A stretch of DNA of 64,000 nt from a virus (Duplodnaviria > Caudoviricetes), in IMG/VR virus record IMGVR_UViG_2791355118_000001, positions 11,865 to 75,864 of that record; one strand, 5' to 3'. Position numbers and translations under genes: made by a program. Positions 8,907-18,503 of the stretch are shown in pieces; the stretch's first letter is position 1, and each line of letters starts with the position of its first letter. The notes under the pieces are model-generated. The model made no database searches and was not told the origin of the DNA. It saw only the letters and a program-made list of their open reading frames with translations.

Positions 8907-9406
8907 CACATTTCCCCTTCGAGCTTGTCGGCCAAGGGCGAAATGACCTCGTCCCAGATCGCATTGCAGATTTCGTTGTCGGCATGGTCGGACACGACAT
9001 CGTAGCCCGAATTGCCATAGATCAGCTGGAACCAGCCGAGCTTGTCGCCGGTGGGACTTCGCAGATGGATGCCATCCTCGTCGGTCGAAAACAGCGCCAG
9101 CATGATTGCCGCCTTGTCGTCGGAACGCCTCACCACCCAATCCTCGCTGTCGTAGACGGAAATCAGGTAGCCCCGGTCGAGGCAGGCCTTCACCAGGGCG
9201 CGGGCGATGCGGCGTTCGGCGCGGATGCGGTTCGCGGTGTCGTGCGACCGGCGCGCCAGCGCCTTCTCGATCGCTTCGTCGAAGCCGGTCTTCGGCTCGC
9301 CCATCTCGGCATCCTCGGCCAGCCGGGCGGAAAGCGCCTGGTTGCCCGAGGCGGCGAGAGCATTGCAGATCGCCAGCATCTCGGCCGGCGTCACGTTGAT
9401 GGTCAT
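8906..9406 (-). CDS. Phage hypothetical protein
   Basis: ATG at 9406 follows the RBS motif at 9414-9426; MTINVTPAEM...FQLIYGNSGYDVVSDH. Confidence 0.75.
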   Translation of the reverse strand: MTINVTPAEMLAICNALAASGNQALSARLAEDAEMGEPKTGFDEAIEKALARRSHDTANRIRAERRIARALVKACLDRGYLISVYDSEDWVVRRSDDKAAIMLALFSTDEDGIHLRSPTGDKLGWFQLIYGNSGYDVVSDHADNEICNAIWDEVISPLADKLEGEM

Positions 9407-9453
9407 TGTCTTTCTCCGTGGTAGGGGGTTGGGTCTCGAGGAAGGCGCGGGGA

Positions 9454-10056
9454 TCAACCCCACGTCAGTCCCCAGCGCTTGGCGCAAACCGGCCCGTCGC
9501 CGACATCGATGGAGCGGTGGTCGGTCAGCTCGATCGCGCAGAAACAGCAGTTGCCGGTGCGCTTGCCGTGGGCGGCGCCGGCCTTCGAAGGGTTCTCGGC
9601 CAGAGCGGTCAGAGCCGAGACCGGGCCGTCGGGACCGGGCGACCGACGCGAGCGGGTGAACTCGCCCTTGCGGTCGATGCGGCCGTACCAGTCGCGGCTC
9701 TCGAACGAGCCCGGCGACGAGACGTTGATCTGGCCGGCGTGAGAGGAACGCTCCCCAGCGAGAGCAAGGACGACCGTCTCGCCGTTGACGTCGAAACGGA
9801 TCTTCGGATGCTTGAGCTTGTTGGCGATCGCCGTGTCGAACAGCGCGATCAGGCCATCCATCGAGCCGACCTTGGCCTTTGGCGCCGCGGGCTCGCCGGC
9901 TTGTGCGCGCTGGGTCAAAGTCGCCACCCAGGGCCACTGCCGCTCCGAGAGACTCGAGCGGCTGTCATACTGGTGCAGGAGGGATGCGGCGAACTCCGCG
10001 TCGCGGCCGTGCAGCTTCGGGGCTGACTGGCGCAGAGCTTCGATTTCGAGGTTCAT
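9454..10056 (-). CDS. DUF6011-type zinc-finger phage protein
   Basis: C-terminal CCFCAIELTDHRSIDVGDGPVCAKRW; RBS motif at 10064-10076. Confidence 0.75.
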   Translation of the reverse strand: MNLEIEALRQSAPKLHGRDAEFAASLLHQYDSRSSLSERQWPWVATLTQRAQAGEPAAPKAKVGSMDGLIALFDTAIANKLKHPKIRFDVNGETVVLALAGERSSHAGQINVSSPGSFESRDWYGRIDRKGEFTRSRRSPGPDGPVSALTALAENPSKAGAAHGKRTGNCCFCAIELTDHRSIDVGDGPVCAKRWGLTWG

Positions 10057-10272
10057 GTCTGGTCTCCGTGGTAGGGATTTCCCAGATCGGTGCGGCTCCG
10101 GCGGTTATGCTAGGCCTGGCCCGTCCCCGGTTCGATTTCACTCGGCCGGTCAGTTTGACGAGAAGTCACCAATCGCCGGCCCGTTGCTGAAAGGGGAGTT
10201 CCGGCGAAGGCTGCAGCGGTGAAAGGAAACGGCTTTCTGCTGCACCGATCTGAATTTCTAAGTTACTTCAAT

Positions 10273-10301
10273 AACTTAGCCTGTTACCAAATCGGTTACA
10301 A
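10273..10301 (-). promoter_or_regulatory. Promoter TTGTAA-17-TAAGTT with overlapping operator TGTTACC-N5-GGTTACA (10282-10300)
   Basis: Seen directly in an AT-rich intergenic gap. Confidence 0.7.
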
Positions 10302-10349
10302 GTGGGCATAAGCCAAAAAGCCGAATAATTTCAAGTACTTCGGCGGTGG

Positions 10350-10946
10350 TCAGTTCACCTGCTTGAAGCGGGATTCCAGGACGGCGCCGGAAATCGAGAG
10401 CTGGTCGTCGCCGGATTGCACGATTGCCTGATCGACGTGTTCCGGGTTGATGCCGATCACCTTCCAGACGCGGCCCTGGCGGTCGGGCGCCTCGGCGCCG
10501 AGGTAGGACGCGACCTGGAGGGGCTGCGGCGGCTGGCGGAGGCGGTATTGCGCCGGCAGCTTGGGATGGTGCCAACCGCAGCCCTCGGCCTCCAGGCCAT
10601 GTTCGAACACTTCGAGCCGGAGCTTTTCTTTCAGCCAGACCGAGATGTAGGCGCGATGGCAATACTGGTTGTCGGTCGGGGCCTCGTAGCAGAGCAGGGC
10701 GACGTCCCTGCCGCCCGAGAGGTCTTCCATCTTGGCGACGATCCGGCCAGGATGGAGCCTGTCGAGGCCTTCGAAGTAGAGCTGCTTATACTCGCGCTCG
10801 CTGGCGGTCTTGAACCATTCGCCTGGGGCGAGTTCGGGCATTTTGCGGTAGCCCGCCGGATATCCTCGCGGCGTGCCCCTCGACACTCCGATTTTCTGGA
10901 TTTCGGGCGGGAGCTTGGTGAGCCAGGAGCTGGTGAAAATGCGCAT
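10350..10946 (-). CDS. DUF488-family protein
   Basis: MRIFTSSW...IGVSRGTP...ELAP...LLCYE...CHR motifs; RBS-motif variant at 10959-10969. Confidence 0.75.
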   Translation of the reverse strand: MRIFTSSWLTKLPPEIQKIGVSRGTPRGYPAGYRKMPELAPGEWFKTASEREYKQLYFEGLDRLHPGRIVAKMEDLSGGRDVALLCYEAPTDNQYCHRAYISVWLKEKLRLEVFEHGLEAEGCGWHHPKLPAQYRLRQPPQPLQVASYLGAEAPDRQGRVWKVIGINPEHVDQAIVQSGDDQLSISGAVLESRFKQVN

Positions 10947-11052
10947 CTTCGACTCTTTCGGTGGTAGGGCTTTGGACAGGTCCAAATGTAAATCCGGTGA
11001 ACTTCTCAAGCAACCAAGATGACACTGTGTGTTACCATTTTGGTACGTTGCC

Positions 11053-11502
11053 TCACCCGTACATCTGCATTAGGTATGGGTTCTCTCCAGCGCCTTCGGG
11101 CGCTGTCCTGTGGTAGGGATGGAGAGGAGGGCCGATCAGGGGCAACCCGGTCGGCCTTTGATATTTCCGGCGCGGCTGCGGCGCCTCGAAGCGCACTTCG
11201 GGATAATTGACCCACGCCGTCACCGTCTCGAAACTGATGGCGCGCGGCAAGCTCTTGACGTCGTCGAGCAGCGTTCGTCCTGCCAGGATCCCATTGCCCG
11301 CGAACTCGGCGCCCGAGCGGAAAAACTGGAACGTCCTTCGCCATGGTCCGGTTGAGAGCCAGAGGTCCAGGCCCGGCGCCAACTCCACGCGGTCGAGGCT
11401 GTCGCTCTCAAGAAGTTCGCAGAAGAGCTGGTGCCCCAGAGGGCGCGGCGTCTGGTAGTCGATGGCGCGCCGGAGTGTGGCATCGATCAGGATGAAGCGC
11501 AT
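11053..11502 (-). CDS. Phage hypothetical protein
   Basis: MRFILIDATLRRAID...FAGNGILAG; overlaps the end of the upstream gene. Confidence 0.55.
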   Translation of the reverse strand: MRFILIDATLRRAIDYQTPRPLGHQLFCELLESDSLDRVELAPGLDLWLSTGPWRRTFQFFRSGAEFAGNGILAGRTLLDDVKSLPRAISFETVTAWVNYPEVRFEAPQPRRKYQRPTGLPLIGPPLHPYHRTAPEGAGENPYLMQMYG

Positions 11503-11843
11503 TGCAGTTCTCGTGCCTCGAGGCGTTGGTTGATGGTGGGGAGCGTCTCGCTGGCAAACAATTCGAGCCACCACTTGATCAGCTCGGCCTGGTAGCGGTC
11601 GTCGGCCGCACGATGGCGGGGCTCGCGTAGCTGTCGCTCGATCCAGTCAAGCCGGTCGCGAAGCTCCGGCCGGTAGAGCAGATTGCGGAATGCATCTGCG
11701 AGCCGCATGTCCAGGGCGTAATCCCCGGTGCAGCCGAGGGGCGACCAGTCGCTATGCCAGGACGACCACATGTCGAGGGCCTGGCTGATGGTGGGGAGCC
11801 GGCGCCGCCGCTCCTCCTCGTCTTCTGGTAACGGGCGAAACAC
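11487..11843 (-). CDS. Phage hypothetical protein
   Basis: GTG start 7 nt after the RBS motif at 11851-11863. Confidence 0.7.
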   Translation of the reverse strand: MFRPLPEDEEERRRRLPTISQALDMWSSWHSDWSPLGCTGDYALDMRLADAFRNLLYRPELRDRLDWIERQLREPRHRAADDRYQAELIKWWLELFASETLPTINQRLEARELQCASS

Positions 11844-11850
11844 TTTTGGA

Positions 11851-11898
11851 CTCCGTGGTAGGGATAACGATCCTATGATGTAACCAATTTGGTTACAA
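11851..11898 (-). promoter_or_regulatory. Cassette head: perfect operator TGTAACC-AATTT-GGTTACA (11879-11897), TTGTAA-17-TAGGAT promoter, RBS motif
   Basis: Directly visible. Confidence 0.8.
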
Positions 11899-11908
11899 TA
11901 TGGTCAAG

Positions 11909-13480
11909 CTAAAAGTAATTTCTGCGGCCGTCCTTCCATAGCTTGACCGTGACGGTGTTCACGTAGGTCCCGACCTCGGCGAAGGATCCGTGCGGCAGAT
12001 CGCGGAACTGGCCGTTCAGCTTCTCGATCAAGGCCCGGAAAGCGATGGCCTTGCGAGTTTCGCGAAACTCGGTGCCGGCCGACATGATGGCCGCGAGGCA
12101 CCCGCCGTCTTCCAGGAAGTCGAGGGCGTGCACGACATGGTCGATATCGCGCTCCATGTCGAACGGCGGGTTCATGATGATGCGATCGTATTTTCCCGTC
12201 ACGGAGGGGCGCAGCGCCAGGAAGTCGGCGGCGTACACCTTGCGGTATTTGCCCTGCGCCTCGAGCGCGGCGGCAAGCGCTGGCTGTAGCTCCACGCAAT
12301 CGACCTGGTTGTCGAAGCGGTATTCCTTGCGCCAGCGGTCCATCCGGGCCTCGTCCCCATATCCGTAATGATCGGCGAAATCTTCGATGCCGGTCAGGCA
12401 GCGGCGCGCCAGATTGCCGGTGCCGGCGCTGGGCTCCAGGATCCGAAGGCGCGGCTTCTCGATAGGCTGGAGAAGGGGAATGCTCTTAAGCAACTCCTCG
12501 GCCGCGGCGTCGGGCGTCGGGAAGAAACCGAAGTTCTTAGCCGGCGTGGTCTTCCGGTTGCGGAAAAGGTCGTCGGGTTCCTGGGTCTGCCCGTCGCCGA
12601 TCACCTCGCCGTAGTATTCGGCGAGCATCTTGTTGACCCTTTCCACCAGGTCGTCACGCGTGAACCAGAGATGGGCATTGCCGTTCTTGTAGGCGACGAT
12701 CCTGAAATACTCGCCGTGATGTTCGGACTGCTGAGGCTGAAAGCCCCTGCGCTCGGCTCGCACCTGGTTCTCGATGCTGTTGTAGGTCGGCTTCTTGCCG
12801 TCGAGGATTGAGAACGTCCGCTCGATATCGCGCACCGTCTCCCATGTTCCGCCCCACGTTACGTTGCCGTGGTCGCGGTCAAAGGCGTAGGGCAGGATCA
12901 TGCGGCTGCCGACCTTGAAGCCGTCGTGCGAACGGAAACGGCGATCGAGCTTGGAAAACGCCGTGGCGATGCCCCGGCGGAAGATCATTTCGGATTCGCC
13001 GGCCCACTTGTCGATCGTGGCGTACACGTTGTCGACGGTCACCGGCGGGATCCCCATGATCTCGTCGAGATTGACCAGTTCCTTTCCGTTGCCGTGCCGG
13101 TGGTCGTAGCGCTCCGGCACCCACCTGAGAGTGTCGCGCAGCTCGTCCTTGGCCTGCTTGTCCATCAGGATCTCGAGGTCGGTCATCTGGACCAGGTAAT
13201 GCCAGCACGAGATATCGATCAGGCGGATTGCTGTGCGCTTCCACTGCTCGGCGTCTGGCAAATCGACGGCTTCGAAAAATGCCCTGACCTCGTGGTTGTC
13301 GCGGTCTCCGTATCGAGAGCAGGCATGATCTCCGGCGGCCGCTTTCCAGAGCGCCGCCGCCTTCTTCAATTCCCGGTCGGCTTGCTCCATTGAGGCGAAC
13401 GCCCCGTGATAGGCCGCGACCGCGGCGTCCCGATAGGCGACGATCTGCTCGATCGTGTTGCGCGGGATGAGCGCGTTCAT
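11909..13480 (-). CDS. DUF4942-like domain fused to DNA amino-methyltransferase
   Basis: FFPTP, ILEPSAGTGNL (motif I), IIMNPPF (motif IV); N-terminal region with FRSHDGFKVG and YKNGNAHLWF. Confidence 0.85.
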   Translation of the reverse strand: MNALIPRNTIEQIVAYRDAAVAAYHGAFASMEQADRELKKAAALWKAAAGDHACSRYGDRDNHEVRAFFEAVDLPDAEQWKRTAIRLIDISCWHYLVQMTDLEILMDKQAKDELRDTLRWVPERYDHRHGNGKELVNLDEIMGIPPVTVDNVYATIDKWAGESEMIFRRGIATAFSKLDRRFRSHDGFKVGSRMILPYAFDRDHGNVTWGGTWETVRDIERTFSILDGKKPTYNSIENQVRAERRGFQPQQSEHHGEYFRIVAYKNGNAHLWFTRDDLVERVNKMLAEYYGEVIGDGQTQEPDDLFRNRKTTPAKNFGFFPTPDAAAEELLKSIPLLQPIEKPRLRILEPSAGTGNLARRCLTGIEDFADHYGYGDEARMDRWRKEYRFDNQVDCVELQPALAAALEAQGKYRKVYAADFLALRPSVTGKYDRIIMNPPFDMERDIDHVVHALDFLEDGGCLAAIMSAGTEFRETRKAIAFRALIEKLNGQFRDLPHGSFAEVGTYVNTVTVKLWKDGRRNYF

Positions 13481-13743
13481 GGGCTGATCCCTTCTGCGAT
13501 GCAAAGAGTCTTCCAATCGACGTATGCAATCGACACACCGCAGCGCGTGAAATGGCTGTCTCTCTGTTCCCAACCTGCGGCTCGGGCGGCGGTCTCCCAT
13601 AGGTCGGGCGCGTCCACCGGCTTGAAGGATCGCGCCTTGTGCATGCGCTGGAAGGCGAACGCGTCGCCAAGCTCGCTCACGAACTCGTAGCGCTTGCTGC
13701 CGTCGAGCAGGGTGAACTCGTATTCAGTCATCTTGTCGGTCAT
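13477..13743 (-). CDS. Phage hypothetical protein
   Basis: RBS motif variant at 13754-13766; ATGA overlap with the methyltransferase. Confidence 0.7.
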   Translation of the reverse strand: MTDKMTEYEFTLLDGSKRYEFVSELGDAFAFQRMHKARSFKPVDAPDLWETAARAAGWEQRDSHFTRCGVSIAYVDWKTLCIAEGISP

Positions 13744-13823
13744 GGTCTCTGGTCTCTGTGGTAGGGGTTGGTGGGCGACGGGACTTCCTCCCGCCGCCCT
13801 ATCGAAGGGATTGTTTGCCTCTC

Positions 13824-13976
13824 TCAGTGCATCGCGCCTCCTTCTGCTGGTGCGTCAGCTTCCATGTCCGCTTCGGCCGCCTGGAGGTCGGCGAGCCGGT
13901 CGCGGCAGGAAGAGCAGCGGCAGCTTTCACTGCTGTCGAAGGGAAAAGGGGTTAGGCAGTCGTCGCAGTAGGGCAT
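13824..13976 (-). CDS. 50-aa zinc-finger-like small protein (not in ORF track)
   Basis: MPYCDDCLTPFPFDSSESCRCSSCRDRLADLQAAEADMEADAPAEGGAMH; follows motif CCCTACCACGG at 13984-13994. Confidence 0.65.
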   Translation of the reverse strand: MPYCDDCLTPFPFDSSESCRCSSCRDRLADLQAAEADMEADAPAEGGAMH

Positions 13977-13983
13977 CTTTCAA

Positions 13984-14043
13984 CCGTGGTAGGGAAAAAC
14001 CTTGTAACCACAGTAACTTAGTCAGTTACCAATTTGGTTACAA
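13984..14043 (-). promoter_or_regulatory. Cassette head: TTGTAA-17-TAAGTT promoter, operator AGTTACC-AATTT-GGTTACA (14024-14042), extra half-site at 14003
   Basis: Directly visible. Confidence 0.75.
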
Positions 14044-14491
14044 TGCAACCACGGACAAAAAATCGTGTTCGCCCAGTGCAGTTGTCAGGATGCGGCCCTA
14101 GCGGTCGCGATCGCGCTAGTCGCGCTGCTCGCGCTTGTAGTAGATGGCGCCCCAGACCGCGCCGGGGGCGACCAGCACGCCCAAGATGCGACTGCTGTAG
14201 AAGGCCCATGATGAGCACGCCTGCAAGCGCGCCGGGCGATGTTGCCCGGCCGTCGACAGGGTGGGCGACCGCCAAACTCGCCTAACCAGGCGAACTGCGA
14301 GCAAGCCAATCCGGCTCAAGTTGCAATGCTTCAATCTGACGTCGAGGGCTTGGCTCGTGTGAGCAGCATCAGAGCGCCAAAGCCGAGCGCGCCAGCCTGG
14401 CCGCGGGACCAGCTTTTCCAATTGCTCTTGCGCAATTCTGGGAGTCGATATCAACTGAGCAGCGTGTCGCCGGAGCTGCCGGAGGTCAGTT

Positions 14492-15754
14492 GTGGCTGAA
14501 GAAGCCATCGTTTCTGCCGATCCCCTTTATCTGACTGCGCTCGCAAGCCTCGGCGCAAGCGTGCCAGAACGTCTGACGGCCTTTGTCCCCAATAACAGTA
14601 TCGCCGTCCTTCCTTTCGTGAACATAAGTGGCGAGACCGCTGAGGAGCAGTTCACCGACGGCCTGACCGAAGACATCATAACGGACCTATCAAATGTCTC
14701 GGGCTTTCTCGTCATCGCACGCAATTCAACGTTCGCATACAAAGGCAAATCCGCTGATGTTCGTGAGATCGCTCGCGACCTAGGTGTCAAATACATACTT
14801 GAAGGTAGCGCCCGGCGATCCGACAAACGCCTTCGCATCAATGTGCAGCTTATCGACGGTGCAGACCGGGGCAATCACGTCTGGGCCGAACGCTTTGATC
14901 GGGAACTATCTGATATTTTTGAGCTGCAAGACGAAGTTACCCGACGAGTTGTGGAAGCGATTTCCGGCAAGATAGGCGTAAAAAACATTTCTTCGCGGTC
15001 AAAGCCATCCAATCTCGAGGCCTATGACCTTTGCGTTAGGTCGCGAGGAAAATGGGACATTTCGAGATCAGACACCAATGAGGCGTCTGCTGATCTGGAG
15101 CGTGCTGTCTCGCTGGACCCAAATTATTGCGAGGCCCACAGCAATCTTGCCGTCTCACTGCTACACGGCTGGATGATTTGGGGAGGGCCGCAGATGCCCG
15201 GCCGCGCCAAGGCTCTGGTGCACGCGCGACGAGCGGTGGAAATCGACCCGGATGATTCTCACGCTCGCGCGATTCTAGCTTACGTTCAGCTTTATGAGCG
15301 CAATTGGGATGAAGCAAAGCTCCAACTAGATGCTGCGGTTCGGCTAAATCCCAACGACGCACATGCGGTTGCGTTGAAAGGTGAGCTTCAATTCTACTTA
15401 GGCAATCCGCAAGCGGCGCTGGTGGCTTGTGCGGAGGCACTGCGTTTGAATCCTCGTCCGCCGGGTGGGTATTTCTGGATCATGGGAATGGCGCAAATAT
15501 CCTCCGGTCAGTACGAAGAAGCTGTAGTGTCCTTGAGCCGGGAAGAAACCTATGGGACGGGTTCGAGAGAGTCTCTGATTGCCGCGCTTGCCCTTTCCGG
15601 TCGCCTCTCTGAGGCACAGGAGGAAGCTCGTCTATTTCTTACGGTCAATCCAAATTGGAGGTTCGGTGATCTGGCGGCGAACTCACCCTTCAGAGAGGTG
15701 AGCATTGGGCAGCCATTCATTGGTGGTTGGCGTTTGGCGGGCCTACCAGAGTAG
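14492..15754 (+). CDS. TolB-like + TPR protein (C-terminal architecture of rhizobial class III adenylate cyclases, no cyclase domain)
   Basis: SIAVLPFVNIS...DGLTEDIITDLS...VIARNSTF...WAERFDR followed by TPRs; start uncertain. Confidence 0.8.
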   Translation: MAEEAIVSADPLYLTALASLGASVPERLTAFVPNNSIAVLPFVNISGETAEEQFTDGLTEDIITDLSNVSGFLVIARNSTFAYKGKSADVREIARDLGVKYILEGSARRSDKRLRINVQLIDGADRGNHVWAERFDRELSDIFELQDEVTRRVVEAISGKIGVKNISSRSKPSNLEAYDLCVRSRGKWDISRSDTNEASADLERAVSLDPNYCEAHSNLAVSLLHGWMIWGGPQMPGRAKALVHARRAVEIDPDDSHARAILAYVQLYERNWDEAKLQLDAAVRLNPNDAHAVALKGELQFYLGNPQAALVACAEALRLNPRPPGGYFWIMGMAQISSGQYEEAVVSLSREETYGTGSRESLIAALALSGRLSEAQEEARLFLTVNPNWRFGDLAANSPFREVSIGQPFIGGWRLAGLPE

Positions 15755-15855
15755 GCAACGCGGGTCCTCTCGCAAACATCGAAAAAGCGCCTCGGATAAG
15801 CTCCCGGCCTCTTCCCATTGACAGGCACTACAACACCCGTAAACTCGAATGGTGG

Positions 15856-17229
15856 ATGAAAGTAGCTTTCGTTATGCCCGACGAAAAGCCAACGCTTACG
15901 CTTCCCCTAGTGGGCATAGACCCGCTTCTGTTAGACGCGTTCTCGCAATATGAAGGGCCATCCCAACAAAACTCACTGAGACAAGATCGAACCTCTACCG
16001 GCGCTGGGGCGAAGATCGTCGACAGGATGGGCGCAGGACTGGAGCTCGATGCTCCGCCACACGCGCCGGTCCCAATTTTCGCATCTATCGCGGTACTTCC
16101 ATTCTCCGACGTCGGGGGCGGATCGGATCACGCGTATTTCGCCGAGGGAATATCCGAGGACATCCTGACCGAACTTTCGCGATTTAGAGGCTTGTTGGTC
16201 ATCGCGAGAAATTCGTCATTCGCGTTCAAGGGTGAAAACGTCGATATCAGGGCCGTCGCAAAAGAGCTGAACGTCGACTACGTCGCGACGGGCAGTGTGC
16301 GGCGAGCGGGGAGCAGGGTCCGGGTGGCTGTTCAACTGACCTATGCTCCTACTGGGCATGAAGTTTGGGCCGAGCGCTATGATCGCGATGTCGTAGACAT
16401 ATTCGCCGTGCAGGACGACATTGTCAGGACGGTTGCGGTGACGCTTGAAGCGCGCCTCGGGCAGGCAATAGCAAGTCACGCGGCCCCTCGGAGTGTTCCG
16501 ACGTTGGCCGCGTATGAATGTATCCTGTTGGCGCGAAAGTACGATGAGTTGCATGATTCAGCCCGCGCCAGGCCCTTTGCAGAGAGGGCGCTCGCCCTTG
16601 ATCCAAGTTCATCGCAAGCTCATTCCGCAATGAGCTATTGTGCCTACATCGATTGGTTGCAAGAACCCGATGACGAAACCCTCGAAAAGATGGTCGCGTA
16701 TGCGAATGCCGCCGTGCTGCTCGATAGGGGGGACGCTTCTGCTGAAGCACTTTTGGGCATGGCTCTGACATGTCAGCAGAAGTATGACGAAGCGGGCTCT
16801 CATCTCCAGCGCGCTCTAAGCCTTAATCCGGGTGAAACGAAAGCGCTGGCCTATTATTCAGAGTGGCTCGTTCGCACGGGCGACGCCGAAGAGGCTCTGC
16901 GGAACATGGACGAGGCCCTTTTGCGAGACCCTATTCCGCCGCCATGGCATTGGGAGATCCGCGGAATGGCGTTCTTAGTGCTGGAAAGGTACGCCGAAGC
17001 CATTCAAGCTTTCGCCCGTCAGACGAGGCAATTCTGGTACATCGCCGCCTACCTTGCGATCTGTTTCGCTAGGCTTGGCAGGATGAATGAAGCTACAGCC
17101 GAACTGAATAAGGCGCTACAGGTTGTACCTGATCACGAAACTCTTCGCATTCAAGTTGTGAACGAGTTTGTCAGCCAGGGCACCCGCGATAAACTTTCTT
17201 ACGGGCTTTCCCTCGCCGGGCTCGACTAA
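15856..17229 (+). CDS. Second TolB-like + TPR protein
   Basis: SIAVLPFSD...EGISEDILTELSRF...VIARNSSF...WAERYDR followed by TPRs; start uncertain. Confidence 0.8.
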   Translation: MKVAFVMPDEKPTLTLPLVGIDPLLLDAFSQYEGPSQQNSLRQDRTSTGAGAKIVDRMGAGLELDAPPHAPVPIFASIAVLPFSDVGGGSDHAYFAEGISEDILTELSRFRGLLVIARNSSFAFKGENVDIRAVAKELNVDYVATGSVRRAGSRVRVAVQLTYAPTGHEVWAERYDRDVVDIFAVQDDIVRTVAVTLEARLGQAIASHAAPRSVPTLAAYECILLARKYDELHDSARARPFAERALALDPSSSQAHSAMSYCAYIDWLQEPDDETLEKMVAYANAAVLLDRGDASAEALLGMALTCQQKYDEAGSHLQRALSLNPGETKALAYYSEWLVRTGDAEEALRNMDEALLRDPIPPPWHWEIRGMAFLVLERYAEAIQAFARQTRQFWYIAAYLAICFARLGRMNEATAELNKALQVVPDHETLRIQVVNEFVSQGTRDKLSYGLSLAGLD

Positions 17230-17286
17230 GGCGAGGAGTCTTGCGCAACGGGACGGTCTGAGTGCCTAACCTTATCGCAGTGGGGG

Positions 17287-17658
17287 ATGCCAATGGCGAT
17301 TCACGAAGAACTGCAGCGTTTCTGGGAAGCCTATGTCGCTGCCTATCGTGCCGCCGACGCTTCAGCATTAGGAGCGATGTTCACTCCCGACGCCGAGGTG
17401 CATTCGCCCTATGCACCCCCAGCTCGCGGCCGTGATGAGATTGCGGCCCTCCATGCAGCTTGGACACAGGGCCACGGAGAAGCAGGCGACAAGACGATGA
17501 GGGTCATACAAGCAGGTATGTCGGGCGAATTGGCTTGGAGTCTCGCAAGCTATTCGGAAGGTCTTGAGACCGGAAACGGTACGTCGGTCTCTATCTTCGA
17601 GCAACAAGGCAACGGTTCGTGGCTGATACGAATGTGCTCCCTCAATAGCACCGATTGA
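17287..17658 (+). CDS. NTF2/SnoaL-like (DUF4440-type) protein
   Basis: YVAAYRAADA...FTPDA...GRDEI...GSWLI pattern. Confidence 0.75.
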   Translation: MPMAIHEELQRFWEAYVAAYRAADASALGAMFTPDAEVHSPYAPPARGRDEIAALHAAWTQGHGEAGDKTMRVIQAGMSGELAWSLASYSEGLETGNGTSVSIFEQQGNGSWLIRMCSLNSTD

Positions 17659-17762
17659 CCTCTTCCCGCGAAGTGGGCGCGACCCCGCCGAGGGCGTGAA
17701 TTGCCCGGATCATTGACTGCAACATTCAGGTCCTTAAGCTATCGCTAAAAGGCCGGGCGCGC

Positions 17763-18344
17763 GTGGATTGGATCATAAACTACCAAGGTATTTTGGGCCC
17801 GCTAGTTGCTCTCTTCGCGGCGTTGATCGGCTTCGGAGGAGTAATCTATTCGCAAAGGGCGCTGGCAAAGGAATCCGCTAGGCGGCGGTCGCACGAAGAG
17901 GCTCTCGCCAAAGCCGATGCCGAGGCGGACCGCCGACAAAAGCTCGCGTCTGTCGTCAACGCAATTCTTGGCGAAGTGCAGGCACTTGGGTTGGCGCTTG
18001 CGGACGCATCGCGCTTATTGACCGCACAAATCCAGATCGCCGAGGCTATCGCCAAGGAAAGCGGAGACAAGAAAACGCGGCCACGCATCTCCTTCCGATT
18101 CGAGACACCGATTTTCAACGCTTACGTTGCGAGCATCGGGTTGCTTGAACCGGAAATGGCCTTCAAGGTTGCCAACTTCTACGGCCGCCTGATGTCGCTC
18201 GGAGTACATGATTCTGCGGAAGCGCCCGAAATGGTAGCGAGCTTAGCCGTGCGGGTAATGCGTTCAGTGGAGGTGACTCTATCGACAGTCCAGTCTGAGG
18301 CTGACGGCCTCGTCGATCTGCTCAAGTCCCACAAGCTCAGGTAG
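17763..18344 (+). CDS. Hypothetical protein with N-terminal transmembrane helix
   Basis: GILGPLVALFAALIGFGGVIY followed by a helical domain. Confidence 0.7.
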   Translation: MDWIINYQGILGPLVALFAALIGFGGVIYSQRALAKESARRRSHEEALAKADAEADRRQKLASVVNAILGEVQALGLALADASRLLTAQIQIAEAIAKESGDKKTRPRISFRFETPIFNAYVASIGLLEPEMAFKVANFYGRLMSLGVHDSAEAPEMVASLAVRVMRSVEVTLSTVQSEADGLVDLLKSHKLR

Positions 18345-18385
18345 CCAGAACAAATGCCTACCGATTTCTGAGATGCCCGCCGAGT

Positions 18386-18419
18386 CTCCGTGGTAGGGAT
18401 TGTTGCCAAAACGGTTGCA
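18386..18419 (-). promoter_or_regulatory. Orphan cassette head (operator TGTTGCC-N5-GGTTGCA + RBS motif) with no start codon downstream
   Basis: CCCTACCACGGAG at 18386-18398 is followed by ACTCGGCGGG, with no ATG/GTG at the usual spacing. Confidence 0.6.
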
Positions 18420-18503
18420 AAACACACTTGACAAAAAGCCAGGGGAGCAGGCAGAAATCGCGCAGCCTGATATTGCTTTGCGATTCGGCCGGTCCCTGAA
18501 AAA

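Noticed and set aside
14050-14330. Possible small membrane-protein gene on the minus strand
   Set aside because: Hydrophobic fragments are split across frames with no clear start; at most a remnant.
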